Of a stretch of DNA of 55,274 nt, positions 27,569 to 37,989 are shown one piece after another. The notes under the pieces were generated by a model, which was not told the DNA's origin, searched no databases, and saw only the letters and a list, made by a program, of their open reading frames with translations. The position numbers were made by a program, and so were the translations under genes. Source of the stretch: Gemmatimonadota bacterium (GTDB taxonomy: Bacteria > Latescibacterota > UBA2968 > UBA8231); assembly GCA_038128265.1 (NCBI GenBank), contig JAYPJE010000012.1, positions 37,333 through 92,606 of the forward strand. Reading direction: 5' to 3'. How positions within the stretch are numbered: position 1 is the stretch's first letter; every line of letters starts with the position of its first letter.

Positions 27569-27602
27569 TAGCGCATTTTTCAAATATATATAGGAGGTAT
27601 GT

Positions 27603-28241
27603 ATGCTGCGTTTAGTGGTGCTGTCCTGCGCGCTGTTAATGGCGTCAGGGTGCGGTTCCGACGGCGGAGTGGAACTCAATGAGGAGGCGTTGATGGAACC
27701 GACTAGTGACGAAATGAAAACGGAGGGGCCGGAAGAGTACGCGGTGACCTTTGAGACGACGGCGGGCAATTTTGTCGTAACCGTCCATCGCGACTGGGCG
27801 CCGCGTGGTGCCGATCGCTTTTACAACCTGGTGACGAATGGCTTTTACAACGAGCAGCGCTTTTTTCGCGTAGTGCCGGGATTCGTCGTGCAGTGGGGTA
27901 TGAGCGGCGATCCGGAACTTACCAAGAAATGGGCCAATGCACAGTTTCTCGACGACCAGGTCAAAGAGAGCAATACGCGCGGCCGCATTACCTTTGCCGC
28001 GACTTCGCGCCCCAATAGCCGCACGACGCAGGTGTTTATCAACCTGGGCAATAACGTGAACTTGGACGGCATGCGCTTTGCCCCATTTGGCGAAGTGACG
28101 GAGGGAATGGACGTAGTCGACAAGATCAATGCCGAGTACGGAGAGCAGGCTTCGCAGGGCTACATCGCCGAACAGGGCAATGCCTATTTGCAAGAAGCAT
28201 TTCCCAACATGGACTACATCAAATCCGTGCGCATTGACTGA
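27603..28241 (+). CDS. Cyclophilin-type peptidyl-prolyl isomerase, lipoprotein
   Basis: Lipobox ASGC, FFRVVPGFVVQWG, QVFINL and PFGEVTEGMDVVDKI. Confidence 0.93.
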   Translation: MLRLVVLSCALLMASGCGSDGGVELNEEALMEPTSDEMKTEGPEEYAVTFETTAGNFVVTVHRDWAPRGADRFYNLVTNGFYNEQRFFRVVPGFVVQWGMSGDPELTKKWANAQFLDDQVKESNTRGRITFAATSRPNSRTTQVFINLGNNVNLDGMRFAPFGEVTEGMDVVDKINAEYGEQASQGYIAEQGNAYLQEAFPNMDYIKSVRID

Positions 28242-28259
28242 GTCTGAGCGGATGGGGAT

Positions 28260-29198
28260 ATGAGCGAATCCGCCATTCGCAACGATGCCATCGGCGTGCG
28301 CGCCGGCGCGCTGGCGCTGCTGATGGCCACACTTTGGGGCGGCAATTCGGTGGCCATTAAGATTGGCCTGGCCGGCATGCCGCCGGCGGCGATGGCTGCG
28401 CTGCGCTTTGTGTTGGGCGCCCTGACCGTCTGGGTCGGGGCGCTTTTTCTTGGCATTTCCGTGCGCGTGCCGCGTGCGGTGTGGAAGGGCTTGGCCGGTT
28501 TGGGGTTGCTCTTTGCCGTGCAGATCTGGCTGCTCAACGCCGGCACTCAGTATACGACGGCCGGTCGTTCGGGCGTGCTGATCAACGTATATCCCTTTTT
28601 CTTAACGCTATTCTCCCATTTTTTTGTGCCCGGCGATCGCCTCACATTCGCCAAGTCGATCGGCCTGGTTTTTTCGTTCTCCGGCGTTTTCCTGCTTTTC
28701 GGTGAATCCATTTCGCTGGCCGATACGCACTATTTGCTGGGCGATCTGATGGTGGCTACGAGCGGCCTGTTGCTGGGCCTGCGCCAGGTCGTCATCAAGC
28801 GCCTAGTGCAGGGCCTGCACCCATTTCAGGTGCTGTTCTGGCAGGCCTCGCTCAGCCTGCCGCTCTTTGCTCTGTGGAGTTTCTGGGTAGAGGGCGATGC
28901 GCACTACGAGATGAATGCGGCGGTGCTGGGTGCCGTGCTCTATCAGGGATTCGTCGTAGCCGGTCTGTGCTTTATCCTGTTGGTCTTTCTCATCCGCCAT
29001 CACAGCGCCAGTCGGCTGGGCGTATTCAGCTTTGCCACGCCCATCGTTGGCGTGTTGCTGAGCGCCTGGCTGCTGCAAGAGGAAATATCGCCGGCGCTGT
29101 GGGCCAGCGTGGCGCTGGTCGCAGTGGGCATCGTCGTGGCCAATAGGGTTGAGCGCGCTGACGAGCAGCGCCAGGCACGCGCGGACAGTCGGCAGTAG
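28260..29198 (+). CDS. DMT/EamA family transporter
   Basis: About 10 TM segments with duplicated EamA pattern (LWGGN..AIK...P...AALRF). Confidence 0.9.
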   Translation: MSESAIRNDAIGVRAGALALLMATLWGGNSVAIKIGLAGMPPAAMAALRFVLGALTVWVGALFLGISVRVPRAVWKGLAGLGLLFAVQIWLLNAGTQYTTAGRSGVLINVYPFFLTLFSHFFVPGDRLTFAKSIGLVFSFSGVFLLFGESISLADTHYLLGDLMVATSGLLLGLRQVVIKRLVQGLHPFQVLFWQASLSLPLFALWSFWVEGDAHYEMNAAVLGAVLYQGFVVAGLCFILLVFLIRHHSASRLGVFSFATPIVGVLLSAWLLQEEISPALWASVALVAVGIVVANRVERADEQRQARADSRQ

Positions 29199-29307
29199 CC
29201 ACAGCGGAGTTCTGCAACACGAGTCTCTGCGAGCGCGACCTATTGCTTTTGCACGGGCTCTCCACTAGCTTATCTACGTCCTCATAAAAACAGACGGAGT
29301 GCATTCT

Positions 29308-30684
29308 TTGACACGCGAATCGCTGAAAATTTGCTGTATTGGAGCCGGCTATGTAGGCGGTCCAACCATGGCGATGATTGCCCACAAATGTCCGGACGTA
29401 GCGGTGAAAGTCGTCGATGTCAACGCCGAGCGCATTGCTGCCTGGGAGTCGGACGCGCTGCCGGTCTTCGAGCCGGGGTTAGACGATATCGTGCGCGGCG
29501 CGCGCGGTCGCAACCTGTTTTTTTCCGCCGACGTAGACGCGGGTATACGCGAAGCCGATATCATCTTTATCGCAGTTAATACGCCGACCAAGACGTACGG
29601 CATGGGCGCGGGCCGTGCAGCCGACCTGAAGTATATCGAAAGCTGTGCGCGTCGCATTGCCGACGTGGTGGAGGGCGATGCTATCATTGTAGAGAAATCA
29701 ACGGTGCCGGTGCGCACGGCCGAGTCGGTCAAGACAATTATGGAAGCGCGTCCGGGCCGCGGCAACGTGCAGGTGCTGTCCAATCCGGAATTTCTGGCGG
29801 AGGGCACGGCGGTGCGCGATTTGGAAAATCCCGATCGCGTGCTTATCGGCGGAGAGCGCACGCCGGAAGGCGTGGCAGCGGTAGAGACGCTGGCCAGCGT
29901 CTATGCGCAGTGGGTGCCGCGCGAGCGCATCATTACTACCAATCTGTGGTCGTCAGAGCTGTCCAAGCTGACGGCCAACGCCTTTTTGGCGCAGCGCATT
30001 TCTTCGATTAACGCGATTTCTGCGCTCTGCGAGGCGACCGGAGCCGACGTTGATGAAATCGCGCGTGCCATTGGCCTCGACAGCCGCATTGGCCCAAAAT
30101 TTCTCAAAAGCTCCGTGGGCTTTGGCGGCTCTTGCTTTCAGAAAGACATCTTTAATTTAGTCTACCTGTGCGAGCACTTTGGCCTGCCGGAAGTGGCGTC
30201 TTACTGGGAACAGGTCGTCCATATGAACGACTACCAGAAAGGGCGCTTTTCCAAGCGGATTATTGACGCGCTATTCAACACGGTAGCCGGTAAGCGCATT
30301 GCTATTTTGGGGTTCGCTTTTAAAAAAGACACCAACGATACGCGCGAGTCGGCTTCCATCCATGTGTGTCGCCACCTGCTGCAGGAACAGGCGCACTTGG
30401 CTATTTACGATCCGCAGGTTCCCGAAGAAGAGATTCGCGCCGAACTGGCACAGGCGCTGGAGTATGGCGGCCAAATCGAAGTGTGCACTGACCCGCACGA
30501 GGCAATGCGCGGGGCGCATGCAGCAGCGGTGCTAACGGAGTGGGACGAGTTTACCGAATTGGACTTTGGTGCTGTCTACGACGAAATGCTCAAGCCGGCC
30601 TTTGTATTTGATGGACGAAATATTCTGGACCTGGACAAGCTGCGTGCGCTGGGTTTTCAGGCACAGGGCATCGGCAAGAGCTAG
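29308..30684 (+). CDS. ugd: UDP-glucose 6-dehydrogenase
   Basis: [28 protein letters not shown] and [13 protein letters not shown] start chosen from GGAG spacing (alternative GTG 29299). Confidence 0.95.
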   Translation: MTRESLKICCIGAGYVGGPTMAMIAHKCPDVAVKVVDVNAERIAAWESDALPVFEPGLDDIVRGARGRNLFFSADVDAGIREADIIFIAVNTPTKTYGMGAGRAADLKYIESCARRIADVVEGDAIIVEKSTVPVRTAESVKTIMEARPGRGNVQVLSNPEFLAEGTAVRDLENPDRVLIGGERTPEGVAAVETLASVYAQWVPRERIITTNLWSSELSKLTANAFLAQRISSINAISALCEATGADVDEIARAIGLDSRIGPKFLKSSVGFGGSCFQKDIFNLVYLCEHFGLPEVASYWEQVVHMNDYQKGRFSKRIIDALFNTVAGKRIAILGFAFKKDTNDTRESASIHVCRHLLQEQAHLAIYDPQVPEEEIRAELAQALEYGGQIEVCTDPHEAMRGAHAAAVLTEWDEFTELDFGAVYDEMLKPAFVFDGRNILDLDKLRALGFQAQGIGKS

Positions 30685-31664
30685 GCCAGTCGCACGATCT
30701 CGATATCCCCAAACGACGCGTTGACATGATGCGCCAGTAGCGCGACGCCCCCATGTAAAGCGCGTTCATCCTGCTGCTCGACCTGCCAGTCCCACGCGCT
30801 CGGCTCGTCTTCGTCCGCCGGCCACACGGCGCAGCAGTATGTGCTTGCGCTCGGTCCGATGCGTTTGCAGGCGGCCTTGAATACGTAGGTCTTACCCTCC
30901 ATCACAGCACATTCGCCGAAGTTTTTACGCTCGTTGCCGTCGCCGCGATAAAACTGCTTTTGCGGTGGCATATCGGGTCCATCTTTCCAGCGCAGCCCGG
31001 CGAGGGCGCCAAAGGGCCGGTATCTCCACTGCGGCTGGTCGACCGTATTACTGCTGTAGTCCTTTGCGGCATGTCCGGCAAAGCGCAGGACGAGACCCAG
31101 CCCGTTGTCGCCGCTGTTGGGACCGAGCAGCGGATCGACGGCGTGTATGGTAACGGGTACGGTAATCTGGTAGTCGTCCCAGGTGTCGCTGCCAAGGAGA
31201 AAAATGCGCTCGTAGCCGGTGTGCTGTGTGCGCAGGCCATGCGGGCCGATGGCCCAATGGCCGTCTACATACTGGCCTACGTCCTGCGGGTTTGCAACGG
31301 CAGACCAGCGGATAGTGCAGGGGAGTAGGTGGGATCCGGTGTATTTCTCCACAATGACGCGCGCCGTGGTTTCTTCGCCGCTGTCGTTCACAGCGACCAC
31401 ATCAATGTGATTATCGCCGTCGCACAGGTTGGCGATGGGGATGTCGGCGTTGAAATGGCCGCTGCGCGCGAGGCGCCGACCGTCGCCAAAGCCGTTGGGC
31501 GCGCTGCCTATGCCCAGCACCGCAGCGTTTTCGCCGTTAACTCGATAATACAAGTGATCGACCGACTCGTGGTCTTTCAGCTGGCCCATTAGATTGAAAT
31601 CCGCCTGGGCGTTACCCAGATGTCCGACGCGCTGGCGCGCGCCGTGCCATACCTCTATCTGCAT
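30681..31664 (-). CDS. Hypothetical protein, probable Ig-like plus ConA/jelly-roll beta fold
   Basis: Beta-rich ORF with an RBS (gaggag). The fold assignment is pattern-based only. Confidence 0.65.
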   Translation of the reverse strand: MQIEVWHGARQRVGHLGNAQADFNLMGQLKDHESVDHLYYRVNGENAAVLGIGSAPNGFGDGRRLARSGHFNADIPIANLCDGDNHIDVVAVNDSGEETTARVIVEKYTGSHLLPCTIRWSAVANPQDVGQYVDGHWAIGPHGLRTQHTGYERIFLLGSDTWDDYQITVPVTIHAVDPLLGPNSGDNGLGLVLRFAGHAAKDYSSNTVDQPQWRYRPFGALAGLRWKDGPDMPPQKQFYRGDGNERKNFGECAVMEGKTYVFKAACKRIGPSASTYCCAVWPADEDEPSAWDWQVEQQDERALHGGVALLAHHVNASFGDIEIVRLA

Positions 31665-31760
31665 GCCACTCCTCGCTTGACTGGTAGCCGCTCTTTTAGA
31701 TAGTCTAAACGCATCTCGATGACAATGCTATAGACCGCGTGAAAAATGGAGGATGGATCG

Positions 31761-32726
31761 GTGCAACTAGGATTGGGCACGAGTCTACAGAATTTTGACG
31801 ACGAGTGGCTGCGCTTTGTGCGCCAGCTGGGCGTAACGCACGTATTTATCAACGGCCCGCGCTTGGGCAATAGCGGCATCTTTGAATTTGACGAGCTGCT
31901 GCGCTTGGCCAAGATGGTCGAGGCACACGGACTGCAGCTGGGCGGTATTGAAAACCTACCGCAGGACCACTGGGATGAGATACTGCACTTCGGCGAGGGG
32001 CGTCATAAGCAGTTGGAAAACGTCTGCCGCACGCTGGAGAATATGGCGCGCGCAGGATTTCCCGTCTTGGGCTATTACTTCAGCATTGTCAAAGTTTGGG
32101 GGCATTGGCGGGCCTACCAATCCGGCGGCGGACGCGGCGGTGCGGGCATCAAGAGCTTTGATTACGAGTTGGTTAAAGACGTGCCACCGCCGGAGAGCGG
32201 ACCGGTTAGCGTCGATGAGATGTGGAAGCGGCTGCAGTGGTTTTTGGAAGGCGTGGTGCCCACTGCTGAGCGGGTTGGAATTAAACTGGCGGCCCACCAG
32301 GACGATCCGCCGGTAGAATACTTGCGCGGCGTAGGGCGGCTGCTGACCAGCCACGATGCGATGCAAAAATTGATCGACTTGGTGCCCAGCGAGTGCAGCG
32401 GCCTGGAGTTTTGCCAGGGAACTGTGGCGGAAATGGGCCCCGACTCGGTCCTCGATGCAATACGTCGCTTTGCCGGCCAGGGCAAGATTTTTTACGTGCA
32501 CTTTCGCAATATCAGGGGCTGCGTCCCCGCATTTGACGAAGTGTTTATCGACGATGGTCAGGTCGACATGCTGGATGCTATGCGCGCCTACAAAGAAGCG
32601 GGTTTTGACGGCGTGCTGACGCCCGACCACTCGCCAAAAGTGGCCGGCGATAGCGATGGGCTGAAAGGCCGCGCCTTTGCGCTGGGCTATATGCGTGCGG
32701 CCATGCAGATGGTGGAAAAGGAATAA
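31761..32726 (+). CDS. uxuA: Mannonate dehydratase (UxuA) family
   Basis: HQDDPP, GLEFCQG, VHFRN, EVFIDDG and PDH. GTG start after GGAGG (alternative ATG 31746). Exact substrate uncertain. Confidence 0.82.
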   Translation: MQLGLGTSLQNFDDEWLRFVRQLGVTHVFINGPRLGNSGIFEFDELLRLAKMVEAHGLQLGGIENLPQDHWDEILHFGEGRHKQLENVCRTLENMARAGFPVLGYYFSIVKVWGHWRAYQSGGGRGGAGIKSFDYELVKDVPPPESGPVSVDEMWKRLQWFLEGVVPTAERVGIKLAAHQDDPPVEYLRGVGRLLTSHDAMQKLIDLVPSECSGLEFCQGTVAEMGPDSVLDAIRRFAGQGKIFYVHFRNIRGCVPAFDEVFIDDGQVDMLDAMRAYKEAGFDGVLTPDHSPKVAGDSDGLKGRAFALGYMRAAMQMVEKE

Positions 32727-32768
32727 ACTACTCCGCATAGACGGAGTGCTATTGGAAAGGGATAGGCG

Positions 32769-33764
32769 ATGAAAGTCTTGTTTATTGGCGGCACGGGAAC
32801 AATTAGCGCGGCGTGCACAGCGCTGGCGGCCGAGCGCGGCATTGAGCTGTACGTGCTCAACCGGGGGCAGCGCGCGGTCGAGGTGCCAGAGGGGGTCACC
32901 GTGCTGCGTGGTGATATAAACGGAGACCCTGCCGGCGTGGCGTCCCTTTTAACCGGCCATGTATTCGACTCCGTCGTGAACTGGATTGTCTTTACCCAAG
33001 AACAGTTGGAGCGCGATATCGAGCTGTTTAGCGAGCGCGTTGGACAGTACATCTTTATCAGCTCGGCCTCTGCCTACCAGAAGCCCATCGTCCACCATCG
33101 CATTAGCGAAGGGACGCCGCTAGCCAACCCCTACTGGCAGTACTCGCGCAACAAGATCGCCTGTGAAGAGCGGCTGATGCTCGAATACAGGCAAAAGGGT
33201 TTTCCGATGACGATCGTGCGCCCGTCGCACACCTACGGACCGGCTTCGCTGCCGACGGCGGTTGGCGGCGGCGCCACCGTTGTGGCGCGCATGCGCGCAG
33301 GCAAGCAGGTCATCGTGCACGGCGACGGTGAGTCGCTGTGGGTGATGACGCACAACACGGACTTTGCCAAGGCTTTTGTCGGCCTGCTAGCGCATCCTAA
33401 GTCGATCGGCCACGCGCTGCAAATAACCAGCGACGAGGTGCTGACGTGGAACCAAATTTACGGCATGATTGGACGGGCCTGCGGCGCCGATCCGCAGATG
33501 GTGCACATTCCTTCCGACCTGATTAACCACTTTGATCCGCAGACCGGTGCCGGCCTGCTGGGCGACAAGGCGTGCAGCGTGGTCTTTGACAATAGCAAGG
33601 TCAAAGAGCTGGTGCCGGACTACGTGGCGACGACGCCTTTTGCGCGCGGCGTCGAAGAGTGCATTGCCTGGTTTGACGCCGAGCCGGGGCGTCTGCAGGT
33701 CGATGCGGAAAAAGATGCGATGATGGATCGAATTATCGCCGCCTACGAGCGGGCTTGGGCCTAG
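32769..33764 (+). CDS. NAD-dependent epimerase/dehydratase (extended SDR)
   Basis: GGTGTIS, YSRNK and VRPSHTYG. Confidence 0.9.
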   Translation: MKVLFIGGTGTISAACTALAAERGIELYVLNRGQRAVEVPEGVTVLRGDINGDPAGVASLLTGHVFDSVVNWIVFTQEQLERDIELFSERVGQYIFISSASAYQKPIVHHRISEGTPLANPYWQYSRNKIACEERLMLEYRQKGFPMTIVRPSHTYGPASLPTAVGGGATVVARMRAGKQVIVHGDGESLWVMTHNTDFAKAFVGLLAHPKSIGHALQITSDEVLTWNQIYGMIGRACGADPQMVHIPSDLINHFDPQTGAGLLGDKACSVVFDNSKVKELVPDYVATTPFARGVEECIAWFDAEPGRLQVDAEKDAMMDRIIAAYERAWA

Positions 33765-33767
33765 CGA

Positions 33768-34544
33768 TTAAAAGCCGATGGACGCACCCCCGTCGACGGG
33801 CAGGCAGACACCGGTTATGAACTTGGCTGCCGGCGAGGCGAGGTAGGCTGCTGCCCAGCCGATATCTTGCGGCTGGCCCAGGCAGTCCATGGGCGTGCGC
33901 CCCAGCACCTTGGCCTTGCGGTCGGGAACTTTGGCAAAGGCTTCGCGGCTCATTTCCGTCTCTATCCAACCCGGGGCAATGCCGTTGACGCGCACGCCGC
34001 GTCCCGACCATTCGGCCGTCAGCGAGCGGATGAGTCCCAGATGGGCCGATTTGGCCGCTGCGTAGGGCAATACGTAGGGTATGCCCATCAGCGAAGCCAT
34101 CGAGGCGATAAAGAGAATAGAGCCGCCGCGGCCGTCGAGCATGCGCTGTGCGGCTTCGCGGCTCAGCGCAAAGGCGCCGTTGACGTGCACATCCATGACC
34201 TGCTGTAGGCCGTCGTTCGTCAGCTCTTCGGCGGGCCCGCGCACCTGGTTGCCCGCGTTGTTGATCAGCGCCGTAAGGGGGCCCAGCGCCTCTTCGACTG
34301 CGTCGATCAGCTCGGAAGCTCGCTCCGTGGCAGTGACGTCGTGCACGCAGTACGCCGCGCTGGTGCCCAGCTGTTGGCAGGCCTGCTGCAGCACGTCTTC
34401 GCGTCGACCGCTGATCATGACGCGCGCACCCTGTGCGATAAACGCGTGGGCGATGGCCAGTCCAATGCCGGTGCCCCCGCCCGTAATTAGCGCTACCTGT
34501 CCACGCAGGCTAAATGCGTCGGGCGTTAGCTCATACTGTTCCAT
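33768..34544 (-). CDS. Short-chain dehydrogenase (gluconate 5-dehydrogenase-like)
   Basis: TGGGTGIG, NNAG, YAAAK and IAPGW. Confidence 0.92.
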   Translation of the reverse strand: MEQYELTPDAFSLRGQVALITGGGTGIGLAIAHAFIAQGARVMISGRREDVLQQACQQLGTSAAYCVHDVTATERASELIDAVEEALGPLTALINNAGNQVRGPAEELTNDGLQQVMDVHVNGAFALSREAAQRMLDGRGGSILFIASMASLMGIPYVLPYAAAKSAHLGLIRSLTAEWSGRGVRVNGIAPGWIETEMSREAFAKVPDRKAKVLGRTPMDCLGQPQDIGWAAAYLASPAAKFITGVCLPVDGGASIGF

Positions 34545-34783
34545 ATTGCCTCTTTCTTTTTACTCATTGCGGCAGTGCCCGCCGTATTGCGCACGGTCTG
34601 CGCGCGCTGCGCAGAGGCGTCAGGTGCGGTAGCTTTGATATCGCCGTCTATCTCCGTTTGCAGGCCAGAGTATGTGAGAAGCCGTGCGGTGCTGTCAACA
34701 CAGCCGGTGGGAAAATACTTGACCGCTCTTTTGCATAATGCCAGTATCGTGTGTAGCACACCGGCCATTATTGGAATGAGACT

Positions 34784-36730
34784 ATGACCAAACACGAAGA
34801 CCATACCGCTTTTCGGAGGTCGCCCTTTAGCATGCGCGGCCTCTCGCTGGGCGTTGTGCTCTCGCTGGCTATTGGTCTGATCGCTCCCTATGGGATTGTC
34901 TTCAACTACTACTGGATCGGTTTCAACCCCTCGTCGCCGGGTGCGCTCTTCTTTTTTTTCATACTGACGTTTGTTGTCAACGCCATTGTTGGGTTGGTCA
35001 GCCGCAACTTCGAGCTGAGCAAAGCCGACCTGGTGATGATTTACTGCATGCTGTTAATGTCCGTCACCGTGCCGACGTGGGGCCTTATGTTTTTCCTTAT
35101 TGGCACGCTGGTATATCCCTTCTACTACGCCACGCCCGAAAACAACTACGCCGAACTGTTCTATGATTTTATACCTGCGTGGATGGTGCCGCAGGATTTT
35201 CAGGCGATCAAGGACTACTACGAAGGCCTGCCTGAAGGCGCGGCGATTCCATGGGGTGTGTGGGTTGAGCCGATGGGCTGGTGGCTGGCGCTAATCGTGG
35301 CGATGAGCCTTATGTTGATCTGCCTGAGTGCCATTCTGCATCGCCAGTGGTCGGTGCACGAACGCCTGGCCTATCCGATGGTGCAGCTGCCGCAGAACAT
35401 GATTGAAAGGGATGGAGATGCGTTGCTGGCGCCCTTTTTTAAGAGCGGCACTATGTGGCTGGGATTCTTTGTGCCCTTTACGTTGCTCAGCCTCAATGCC
35501 CTCAATCACTATTGGCCCATTGTGCCGCAGTATAGTCCCAGCGGGCGCTTTTCGCTGTTTAACGAGACGCTGCACTTGCCCATCGCGCTCAACCTGGCCT
35601 GGGTCGGCTTTTTCTATCTGGTCAATCTCGAGATCACCTTTAGCATTTGGTTTTTCTACGTGCTATCCAAAGTGCAGGAAGGGGTCTTCACTACGCTTGG
35701 CATCGCCAGCACGGAACGACTGAGCGCCTATGAGTATTCGCAGCCGGCCGATCTGACGCACCAGGCTACCGGCGCAGTCATCGTGCTGGTGCTCTACGGG
35801 CTGTGGAGCGCGCGCGTCCACCTGAGAGAAGTCGTGCAAAAGCTGTGGGACCCACGGGGAGGTGTCGACGACAGCGAGGAGTTGCTGCGCTACCGTACCG
35901 CTCTGTGGCTGTTCTTCGGCAGCCTGCTCTTTGTCGCCGTTTGGCTGTGGCGCTCGGGCGTGCCGATCGTCGTGCTGCCGGTGCTGATCGTCGTCAGCCT
36001 GATATTCTTTATTCTCGTCGCGCGCGTGGTGGCCGCCAGCGGCGTGGCGACGGCGCGCAGTCCAATCGTTCCGGCCTACTTCATTATTTCTGGGTTGGGT
36101 ACTTCGGTGCTGGGTGCCAAAGGACTGGTCGCGCTCAATTTCACGTTTATATGGCAGGGCGAATCGCGCACCTCGCCGATGGTGGCTGCATCCAACGGCC
36201 TCAAATTGGCCGAATTAATACCCGGCTCGAAGACGCGGCTGTTCTGGGGTCTGATGCTGGCGCTGGTGTGTTCGCTGCTGGGCGCAGCCTATATGACGCT
36301 CAAGCTGGCCTATACCTACGGCGCCATCAACCTGTCGTTGATCAACTGGGCCGGCGCGCACGGTTGGCCCTACATCGGACCCACCATGGTCAACATGCCC
36401 GATGCCGATATGCGCGGCTGGCTCTTCAAGGGCATCGGGGCGGTATGCGAGGGGTTTCTGATGTGGGCCCAGCACCGCTGGCACTGGTGGCCCTTTCACC
36501 CCATTGGCTTTGCTATTGCCGTCGGCTGGTTAACCAGCCAGATCTGGTTTTCGGCGCTGATCGGCTGGCTGGTGAAAGGAGCCATTGTGCGCTTTGGCGG
36601 CGTTACGCTCTTCCAGAATATGAAGCCCTTTTTTCTCGGTCTGATCCTCGGGGAAGTGTCCGCGTCGGGCGTGTGGGGGGTTATCTACGTGCTGACAACG
36701 GAACAGGGACGCTGGCTGACCAATATGTGA
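34784..36730 (+). CDS. Polytopic membrane protein, DUF6785/DUF6784-like (putative transporter)
   Basis: About 17 hydrophobic segments, QW...ERLAYP, WWPFHPIG and PFFLGLILGE motifs typical of this family. Confidence 0.8.
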   Translation: MTKHEDHTAFRRSPFSMRGLSLGVVLSLAIGLIAPYGIVFNYYWIGFNPSSPGALFFFFILTFVVNAIVGLVSRNFELSKADLVMIYCMLLMSVTVPTWGLMFFLIGTLVYPFYYATPENNYAELFYDFIPAWMVPQDFQAIKDYYEGLPEGAAIPWGVWVEPMGWWLALIVAMSLMLICLSAILHRQWSVHERLAYPMVQLPQNMIERDGDALLAPFFKSGTMWLGFFVPFTLLSLNALNHYWPIVPQYSPSGRFSLFNETLHLPIALNLAWVGFFYLVNLEITFSIWFFYVLSKVQEGVFTTLGIASTERLSAYEYSQPADLTHQATGAVIVLVLYGLWSARVHLREVVQKLWDPRGGVDDSEELLRYRTALWLFFGSLLFVAVWLWRSGVPIVVLPVLIVVSLIFFILVARVVAASGVATARSPIVPAYFIISGLGTSVLGAKGLVALNFTFIWQGESRTSPMVAASNGLKLAELIPGSKTRLFWGLMLALVCSLLGAAYMTLKLAYTYGAINLSLINWAGAHGWPYIGPTMVNMPDADMRGWLFKGIGAVCEGFLMWAQHRWHWWPFHPIGFAIAVGWLTSQIWFSALIGWLVKGAIVRFGGVTLFQNMKPFFLGLILGEVSASGVWGVIYVLTTEQGRWLTNM

Positions 36731-36741
36731 CCGGGCGCGGC

Positions 36742-37734
36742 TCAACCCACTCGACCTAGCGGTCGGGGCGCGCGGCCCAGCGGTAGGCAGGCCGGTTCTT
36801 CAAAGGGCCTGAAGGGCACCTGTGCGGCAATTTCGTCGATGCGCTGCAGCACGGCGTCGGGCAGGGGGCCGCGCTGGCAAGCGTCGACGTTGAGGTCGAC
36901 TTCCTCGGCCGAACGCGCGCCCATGAGGGTGCAGGAAATATCCGGATTGGACAGCACGAAGCGCAGCGCCATTTCCGGCAGGCTGATGCCGCTTTCGTCC
37001 AGCAGGGCGTATAGGTCGAGCAACTGCTGGCGCCGCGGTGGGCTGAGCCAGTGCGGATTCCGCTGCACCTCGGCGTCGTGTCGGCGCGCGAGCACGCCCT
37101 GCTGCAGCGGCGAGCCGATAACCACGCCCATATCGAGCTTTTTAGCCGTTGGCAGGATGGCGATCTCCGCTTCGCGCCACAGCAGGCTGTAGTTAAAGGC
37201 GGTCAGCACTACGTCGAAGCGCCCCGTTTCCATAATGGGCACCATGGCATAGGCGGTAGTGCCGCCCAGACCCGTATAGCGCACTAGGCCCTTCTCTTTG
37301 AGTGTATCGAGCACGTCGAGCACGGGGCCGGTGTAGCGCTCGCTGTCACTCCACCAGTCGAACTGACCCGGTCGCTCGGGTTCGTGCACAAAGAGCACGT
37401 CGATGTGCGTGCGCCCGAGCAGGCGTAGACTCTCTTCGACGGAGTGATATAGATGATCGGCATTCTGCGGTTCAAAGGGGTCCGGTCGGCCGCCGAGCTT
37501 TGTAGAAAGGATAAAGGGCGCCTTCACGTCGGGCAGCACCTGGCCCAGCACTTCCTCGCTATTGGCATATGACGGAGCGGTATCGACGTAGTTGATGCCG
37601 GCGTCAAAGGCGCGTAGGATGGCCTGGCGGCCCTGTTCAAAGGCGCCGCCGACGGAGGAGACGAAGAGTCCTCCGAGCGAGAGTTCACTCACCTGCAGTT
37701 CAGTCCTTCCCAAACGGCGCGTGCGCATGGGCAT
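36742..37734 (-). CDS. Aldo/keto reductase
   Basis: LGRTELQVSELSLG, DTAPSY..SE, LSTK and HEP. Confidence 0.92.
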   Translation of the reverse strand: MPMRTRRLGRTELQVSELSLGGLFVSSVGGAFEQGRQAILRAFDAGINYVDTAPSYANSEEVLGQVLPDVKAPFILSTKLGGRPDPFEPQNADHLYHSVEESLRLLGRTHIDVLFVHEPERPGQFDWWSDSERYTGPVLDVLDTLKEKGLVRYTGLGGTTAYAMVPIMETGRFDVVLTAFNYSLLWREAEIAILPTAKKLDMGVVIGSPLQQGVLARRHDAEVQRNPHWLSPPRRQQLLDLYALLDESGISLPEMALRFVLSNPDISCTLMGARSAEEVDLNVDACQRGPLPDAVLQRIDEIAAQVPFRPFEEPACLPLGRAPRPLGRVG

Positions 37735-37837
37735 TTCTTCCTCACGTATAGCAGTGGGCTGGCAACAAACGCGTATTCGATCCCGAATGGCTGCTCGCCG
37801 CTGAGGGCTTGGCCACTTTTAAGGGGCGTGCGCCGAG

Positions 37838-37866
37838 AGTATAAGGTGGCGAAAACGCGGCGGCAA
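37838..37866 (-). promoter_or_regulatory. Sigma70 promoter for the aldo/keto reductase
   Basis: Minus strand TTGCCG-N17-TATACT, about 100 nt upstream of the start. Confidence 0.55.
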
Positions 37867-37955
37867 ACAAATGCGGGCTTGCGCTAGCAGCTCACTGGAT
37901 CAAGCGCGGGAATAGGTCGTGCGCGCCGCGGCCGGAAGCGGCTCCATAAAAATGC

Positions 37956-37982
37956 TCAAGATCGCCGTCTACTTGCCGATAC
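37956..37982 (+). promoter_or_regulatory. Sigma28 (FliA)-type promoter
   Basis: TCAAG-N14-GCCGATAC, matching the TCAAG/TAAA...GCCGATA consensus. Confidence 0.6.
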
Positions 37983-37989
37983 TTAGTAT

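Noticed and set aside
37741..37815. Short GTG-initiated upstream ORF in the aldo/keto reductase leader
   Set aside because: No RBS or attenuator features, so probably a chance frame.
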